The notes under the pieces were generated by a model. The model did not search any database. It worked only from the letters and a program-made list of their open reading frames with translations, and was not told the DNA's origin. Made by a program: the position numbers and the translations under genes. This document shows, one piece after another, positions 28,148 to 32,000 of a DNA stretch of 32,000 nucleotides. The stretch comes from Halomicronema hongdechloris C2206 (GTDB taxonomy: Bacteria; Cyanobacteriota; Cyanobacteriia; Phormidesmidales; Phormidesmidaceae), in assembly GCF_002075285.3 (NCBI RefSeq), contig NZ_CP021983.2, positions 2,730,001 to 2,762,000 on the forward strand, given 5' to 3'. Position 1 is the stretch's first letter. Every line of letters starts with the position of its first letter.

Positions 28148-28780
28148 ATGGATTATCGGTTTTTGCAACAACATATCAAGCCTTATAAGGAAGCCGGCTA
28201 TACCACTATTCGACTCAATGCCCAAAAAAGTGTGCTTGAGAAGGAATATCACCGATTGCTGGGGCTCAATCTTTCATACCAGCAACTTGAGCAAGCGATT
28301 TTTAATCGCGAGAAGGATCGCATCAAAGCCATTGATCCCTTTGAAGTTTATGTGTTTCCTGAGCGTTACAAGCTTAATGAAATTAGGACAAAAGTTTTCG
28401 AATTAGCTCATGTCAGTAGTCTCCAAGAGCTTAGAGGAGAGTTTCCTGCTTTAAAAGACAAAGATTTTGACTTTCGTTACAAGTTGCCTTGGGTAGAATG
28501 CTTGCTGATGATTGCGAAAATTACTCAGCAAGCCCGTCTCAACCAAGAATTTTATGATGCAGTCGAGCGAGCTATCGAAATTGAATTGAAATCACTGGAA
28601 GATGACTTTTATCGCCATGAGACTTCTGACCTAGACCTGTATACACTTTTATCTGACAACAAACTTGCAGGTCCTGTTTTCCAGAAAAATCAATCAAATT
28701 CTAGCTCCCTAATGCGAGCTTATATTACACGAAAGTGTGAAAAAGTCGGGCTCAATCCCAGTGAATATTTTTTAGTCTAA
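28148..28780 (+). CDS. Hypothetical protein, 210 aa (islet gene 1), no family recognised
   Basis: Intact ORF in the low-GC islet with helix-rich composition and ordinary complexity (e.g. FELAHVSSLQELRGEFPALKDKDFDFRYKLPWVECLLMIAKITQQARLNQEFYDAVERAIEIELK). It ends 25 nt before gene 2. The overlapping ORF 28107..28406 is out of frame and implausible. Confidence 0.7.
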   Translation: MDYRFLQQHIKPYKEAGYTTIRLNAQKSVLEKEYHRLLGLNLSYQQLEQAIFNREKDRIKAIDPFEVYVFPERYKLNEIRTKVFELAHVSSLQELRGEFPALKDKDFDFRYKLPWVECLLMIAKITQQARLNQEFYDAVERAIEIELKSLEDDFYRHETSDLDLYTLLSDNKLAGPVFQKNQSNSSSLMRAYITRKCEKVGLNPSEYFLV

Positions 28781-28805
28781 ATCAATTGTTATAGGAGCTT
28801 ATTTA

Positions 28806-29498
28806 ATGAAATCTAGTCAATCCAGTCAAATTAGAGTCCTAATTGAAAAATTCAAACTGCGCCTCGAGGATTTTCCTCCTTATGAAAGAGATGGAAAACT
28901 CTATTTTCGCCGTACCGATACTGGAAAGGAAATTTCTTACTTGAAGGCAACCTGTGATGAGTTAAGACATGGACTAACCAATTATGAGACTCTATTAGCT
29001 GAAATCAAGACTCTTAGTTTCAAGCACTCTAGCATTAGGGATGCTGTTATTTACGCGATCAAGTACGAGGCAACTCGTAAAGTATATCATACCCAAAGGA
29101 TTGAATTAAGACGATATTATAATGCGCTCATAGCAAGATTAAAGAAGGGCAAAATAATAGAGCTAAGGAAAATTTCTGGAAAAGACAAAAAGACTCAAGA
29201 AGAAATTGAGCATCTAGAGAATATCAGAGATGCTTTATTAGCTCAAGTTAAGCAAAAAGATAATGAGATTAGAAGCCTGCAGAAGCAAGTTAATGAGTAT
29301 ATTGGGCTCTGTGAAAAATATGCAAGAGATTGGTCCAAGGAAAAGTCAAGGCGTGAGCTGTTAGGTCGCAATAATAAATCCCTTGGAGCCTACAAAGGTC
29401 TCTATGGTCAAGAAAAGAAAAAGACAGCAGCCTTAAAGCAAGAAATCCAGCGGTTGCGAGCACATATCGCTAGCCTAGAGCAACAATTAGACGATTAA
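28806..29498 (+). CDS. Hypothetical protein, 230 aa (islet gene 2): N-terminal globular region plus C-terminal Lys/Glu/Gln-rich coiled coil
   Basis: AGGAG lies 8 nt upstream of the ATG. N-terminus: FPPYERDGKLYFRRTDTGKEISYLKATCDELRHGLTNYETLLAEIK. C-terminus: heptad-like EEIEHLENIRDALLAQVKQKDNEIRSLQKQVNEY..ALKQEIQRLRAHIASLEQQLDD. Confidence 0.75.
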   Translation: MKSSQSSQIRVLIEKFKLRLEDFPPYERDGKLYFRRTDTGKEISYLKATCDELRHGLTNYETLLAEIKTLSFKHSSIRDAVIYAIKYEATRKVYHTQRIELRRYYNALIARLKKGKIIELRKISGKDKKTQEEIEHLENIRDALLAQVKQKDNEIRSLQKQVNEYIGLCEKYARDWSKEKSRRELLGRNNKSLGAYKGLYGQEKKKTAALKQEIQRLRAHIASLEQQLDD

Positions 29499-29681
29499 TA
29501 GTCTGGGATATTAATCAATCCCTAAGTTCTCATACCAATTCCATAGAAAAAGTCACTTATGATTGGCAGAACTGAACCAGCCGGGCCTGGCGGTGTTTTA
29601 TGATCCTGAGGCAGGGTTGTCCTGCGCCAGCCCTCAGCCATCTGAGCTGCTGCTTCGCATCGTATTTCTAAACAGAACTCT

Positions 29682-30266
29682 ATGGCGCCGCCTCTGCCTC
29701 CCGATCTAACATCCCCGGATCCTAGTTGCGATCGCACCCTAGTGATACGCCTATATGCTGGCCAGGCAGAGGTCTTAGGGAAGCTCTATGACCGCTATGC
29801 CAGTCTGGTTTATACCCTGGCCCTGAAGATGTTAGGCAATGCTGAGGAAGCTGAAGATCTGACCCAAGAAGTGTTTATCACTCTTTGGCAGCAGCAAAAA
29901 TATGATCCCGATCGGGGCAGTTTGGGCAGCTATCTCGCCACCTATACCCGCTCTCGGGCATTGGACCGGCTGCGGGTGCAGGGAAACCGTCGACGCATTG
30001 TGCAGCAGTTTCGTGGGGTCCTAGCTAAGAACTCCCAACCCCCGACCCAACCCTTGGACCAAGCTAGCCAGCAGGAACAAGGACAGCAGCTACGGTCTGC
30101 TCTGGCCCAACTGCCTGCCACCGAACGAGAGGTGCTGGAAATTGCCTACTTCGAGGGATTAAGCCAATCTCAAATGGCTGCTCGACTCAACCTGCCCCTA
30201 GGAACTGTCAAAACCCGTTGCCGCCAGGGACTACGGCGGCTGCGCATGCTATTACACCAAGGGTAA
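29682..30266 (+). CDS. ECF-type (group 4) sigma-70 family RNA polymerase sigma factor
   Basis: Region 2: LYDRYASLVYTLALKMLGNAEEAEDLTQEVFITLW. Region 4: LPATEREVLEIAYFEGLSQSQMAARLNLPLGTVKTRCRQGLRRLR. Confidence 0.9.
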   Translation: MAPPLPPDLTSPDPSCDRTLVIRLYAGQAEVLGKLYDRYASLVYTLALKMLGNAEEAEDLTQEVFITLWQQQKYDPDRGSLGSYLATYTRSRALDRLRVQGNRRRIVQQFRGVLAKNSQPPTQPLDQASQQEQGQQLRSALAQLPATEREVLEIAYFEGLSQSQMAARLNLPLGTVKTRCRQGLRRLRMLLHQG

Positions 30267-30320
30267 GGGAATGATGCCGAACTATAGTCCACATCTGTTA
30301 CGCCCTAGGCGGTATCTGTC

Positions 30321-31052
30321 ATGACTTCATCTGCCCTTCCTGACAATTGGCAAGACCTCCTAGCGGGATATGTGCTGGGTGATCTAGATGCTGAGGAAAC
30401 AGCCCGTGTACAGCATTGGCTGAACCAGTATCCGGAAGTCACAGCGGAGTTAACGGCCCTGCAAGAGACCTGGCACAGCCTTCCCCAAGGTCTCCCTGCC
30501 CAAGCACCTCCTGCAACTCTACGGCAGCGAATTATGGCAGAGATTCAGCCCACCGCTACTGCCCCAAGGCAGGAGCGACGGCGTCCCTGGGCAGTAGTAG
30601 GCTTCAGCGGCTGGGCGCTGACGGCAGTCGCCCTTGTCAGCGTTGTCGTCGAAAATTATCAACTGCGTCAAGACAACCAGCAACAACAAGCTATCTTGGC
30701 CAGCATCAGTCAACCTGAAAACCAGCTGTACTTGCTGGCAGGAACCGACAATGCTCCCGACGCCACGGGTCGCCTCATTATTGACCCCAGCCAACAGTCA
30801 GCGCTAATAGCGACCCAGAATCTGCCATCACTACCAACCGATCAGGCCTACCGCCTGTGGACCTTGGCAGGTGACACCGACAACCCCATCTATTGTGGCC
30901 AGTTTAATCCTTCTGGTGAGGCAGCTTGGAGTCAGTGGTCCTTGCCAGATCCCGCCTGTCAGACTACTCCAGGTCAGTTTTTAATCACCCAAGAGTCAAC
31001 CCAAGCACCTCCCAACCCCCAGGGCCCTCTAGTCTTGCAGGGGCAATCATAA
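30321..31052 (+). CDS. Anti-sigma factor (RskA-like, single TM)
   Basis: N-terminal anti-sigma helix bundle (LLAGYVLGDLDAEETARVQHWL..ELTALQETW), a TM segment (WAVVGFSGWALTAVALVSVVV), and an extracytoplasmic RskA-type block (AYRLWTL..PIYCGQF). It starts 54 nt after the sigma gene. Confidence 0.85.
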   Translation: MTSSALPDNWQDLLAGYVLGDLDAEETARVQHWLNQYPEVTAELTALQETWHSLPQGLPAQAPPATLRQRIMAEIQPTATAPRQERRRPWAVVGFSGWALTAVALVSVVVENYQLRQDNQQQQAILASISQPENQLYLLAGTDNAPDATGRLIIDPSQQSALIATQNLPSLPTDQAYRLWTLAGDTDNPIYCGQFNPSGEAAWSQWSLPDPACQTTPGQFLITQESTQAPPNPQGPLVLQGQS

Positions 31053-31340
31053 TTGAGTTGGATTGGCTCGGTGGCAACCTCTATCAGTAAAGCGGCGATG
31101 AAGCAATTAGACTTTTTGATTAAGCAAGTATCAAGAAAGCCATACTTAGCAACCCGCCAACCTGACTCAAAGCTAGGCCTGAAGCTCAATTCAGCAATTA
31201 GCATCTGAGTTTCAACTGAGCTTTGAGATATCCACCAGGACATCCAGTTCAGTCCATCGCTCGTATCAACGTGGAAGCTGCCACTCCAGGAACAGCCTGG
31301 GTTGGCAATGCTCCCATTGTTGACACTCAAGCATAGCCCT

Positions 31341-32000
31341 ATGGATTTCCGAACGCCTCTATTAGGCACTGCCGCCGTTGCCGTCGCCACCTTTGCCCCC
31401 GCTCACGCCAACGCCGCTTCCCTATTCAAGGCCGATATCGTACCCCTGAACGAAGCTTTTGGCTCTACTGCCTCAGGATCGGCTCAGATCACCCTAGATC
31501 AGCCCAGCGAGACCCTGCGTACCCTGCGGGTCCAGATCGATGTCACCGGCCTACAAGATCTGAGCGACTTCGGCGGCATTCACGTCGCCCACATCCACGG
31601 CCAATTTAGCGGTAACGCCAGTCGCCCCCTATTCGACCAAGGCAATGGTCCCTTCTTCACCGGAGCAGGGGGAACAGCGGTAGAGTCCGTCCTGCCAACC
31701 CTAGCTGATGACATCGACGGCGACGGATTTCTCAACTTCATTGAAGGCCGGCCAGCCTACGGTCCTGTCGTGCTCAACCTGACCAGCGAACAACTACCGG
31801 CCTCACCTAGCGGCGTGCCTCCCTTGGCTCAATTTCTAGAATTAGCCAGCAACGGCACCATTGATCCAGCGGCTCTATTTCCCGCTGGCGACACCTTTTC
31901 CTTAGATACCACCTACCAATTTGACCTCACCGATCCCGACCAGGCCCGTCAGTTCAACAACCTGACTGCCTTAGACCAACGGGAAATCGTCATTCATGGC
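31341..32000 (+). CDS. Secreted protein, possibly CHRD-like domain; 3' end beyond the window
   Basis: My translation is MDFRTPLLGTAAVAVATFAPAHA|NAASLFKADIVPLNEAFGSTASGSAQITLDQPSETLRTLRVQIDVTGLQDLSDFGGIHVAHIHGQF..IDGDGFLNFIEG..REIVIHG. The frame is open to the window end, with a clear signal peptide. The domain call is tentative. Confidence 0.6.
   Translation, partial: MDFRTPLLGTAAVAVATFAPAHANAASLFKADIVPLNEAFGSTASGSAQITLDQPSETLRTLRVQIDVTGLQDLSDFGGIHVAHIHGQFSGNASRPLFDQGNGPFFTGAGGTAVESVLPTLADDIDGDGFLNFIEGRPAYGPVVLNLTSEQLPASPSGVPPLAQFLELASNGTIDPAALFPAGDTFSLDTTYQFDLTDPDQARQFNNLTALDQREIVIHG

Larger units (their letters stand above)
27799..29560. other. Low-GC islet (compositionally foreign segment)
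   Basis: A hand count of 100 nt at the start of ORF 28806 gives about 35% GC, against about 63% for 100 nt near the end of the flanking gene at 27600. The ORFs are rich in AAA, AAT, TTA and ATT codons. The composition changes sharply at both borders. Confidence 0.8.

Noticed and set aside
29573-29600. ECF-type promoter (GAACC ... ) upstream of the sigma gene, and GGAAC at about 31290 upstream of the secreted-protein gene
   Set aside because: I found no matching CGT-type -10 element at the expected 16-17 nt spacing.
27799-29680. Absence of HIP1 (GCGATCGC) from the islet as evidence of foreign origin
   Set aside because: HIP1 occurs only about once per 1.7 kb in this window, and the native deaminase-like gene also lacks it. 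The absence carries little weight, and the compositional shift is the real evidence.
27808-29686. Possible att-like flank repeats of the islet: TTCTAACAG (left) versus TTCTAAACAG (about 29667), and gggatatt / tcaatc shared between 27950-27964 and 29505-29520
   Set aside because: The matches are only 6-10 nt, imperfect or permuted, and lie in AT-rich sequence. They are compatible with chance, so I do not call target-site duplications or inverted terminal repeats.
30974-31390. 138-aa minus-strand ORF between the anti-sigma gene and the secreted-protein gene
   Set aside because: It overlaps the ends of two well-supported plus-strand genes and shows no recognisable features.
1-32000. CRISPR arrays, rRNA genes, transposases, integrases, group II introns
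   Set aside because: I saw no regularly spaced 25-40 nt repeats and no ORF with recombinase, transposase or reverse-transcriptase motifs on either strand.

Overview
This is a cyanobacterial chromosomal segment. The evidence is psbX next to ycf66, a YggT/Ycf19 gene, accC, gshB, and at least 19 copies by eye of the HIP1 palindrome GCGATCGC (e.g. 48, 2415, 4176, 5643, 7141, 9892, 10005, 10464, 11360, 12200, 13185, 18910, 19985, 20538, 23742, 25008, 25941, 29728). Hand counts of 100-nt samples give roughly 60% GC for the backbone.

Most of the window is ordinary housekeeping. It holds a P-type ATPase N-terminus, an alpha/beta hydrolase, a SpoIID plus amidase-glucosaminidase cell-wall pair, Tex, a duplicated-ATPase ABC protein, tRNA-Leu(GAG), AccC, PsbX/Ycf66, an OmpR-type response regulator, an ABC exporter, two LEA-like coiled-coil proteins, GshB, a cytosine-deaminase-like amidohydrolase, and an ECF sigma / anti-sigma / secreted-protein module.

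Three things stand out:
1. A 1.7-kb low-GC islet (27.8-29.56 kb, about 35-40% GC) carries an intact two-gene operon whose proteins I cannot assign to any family. It is the best candidate for an undescribed accessory module such as a defence, toxin-antitoxin or plasmid-derived system.
2. At 18.2-20.85 kb lies the eroded relic of an NHLP/Nif11-type bacteriocin export locus: a C39-peptidase ABC gene followed by an ABC gene with a cNMP-like N-terminal domain. Both have large internal deletions and many frameshifts.
3. Several dispensable genes (hydrolase, spoIID, tex, a zinc-ribbon gene, the ABC ATPase) are broken by single-base indels at short homopolymers, while core genes are intact. This is either genuine gene erosion or homopolymer sequencing error, and I cannot tell which from the sequence alone.

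I saw no CRISPR array, rRNA, transposase or integrase.
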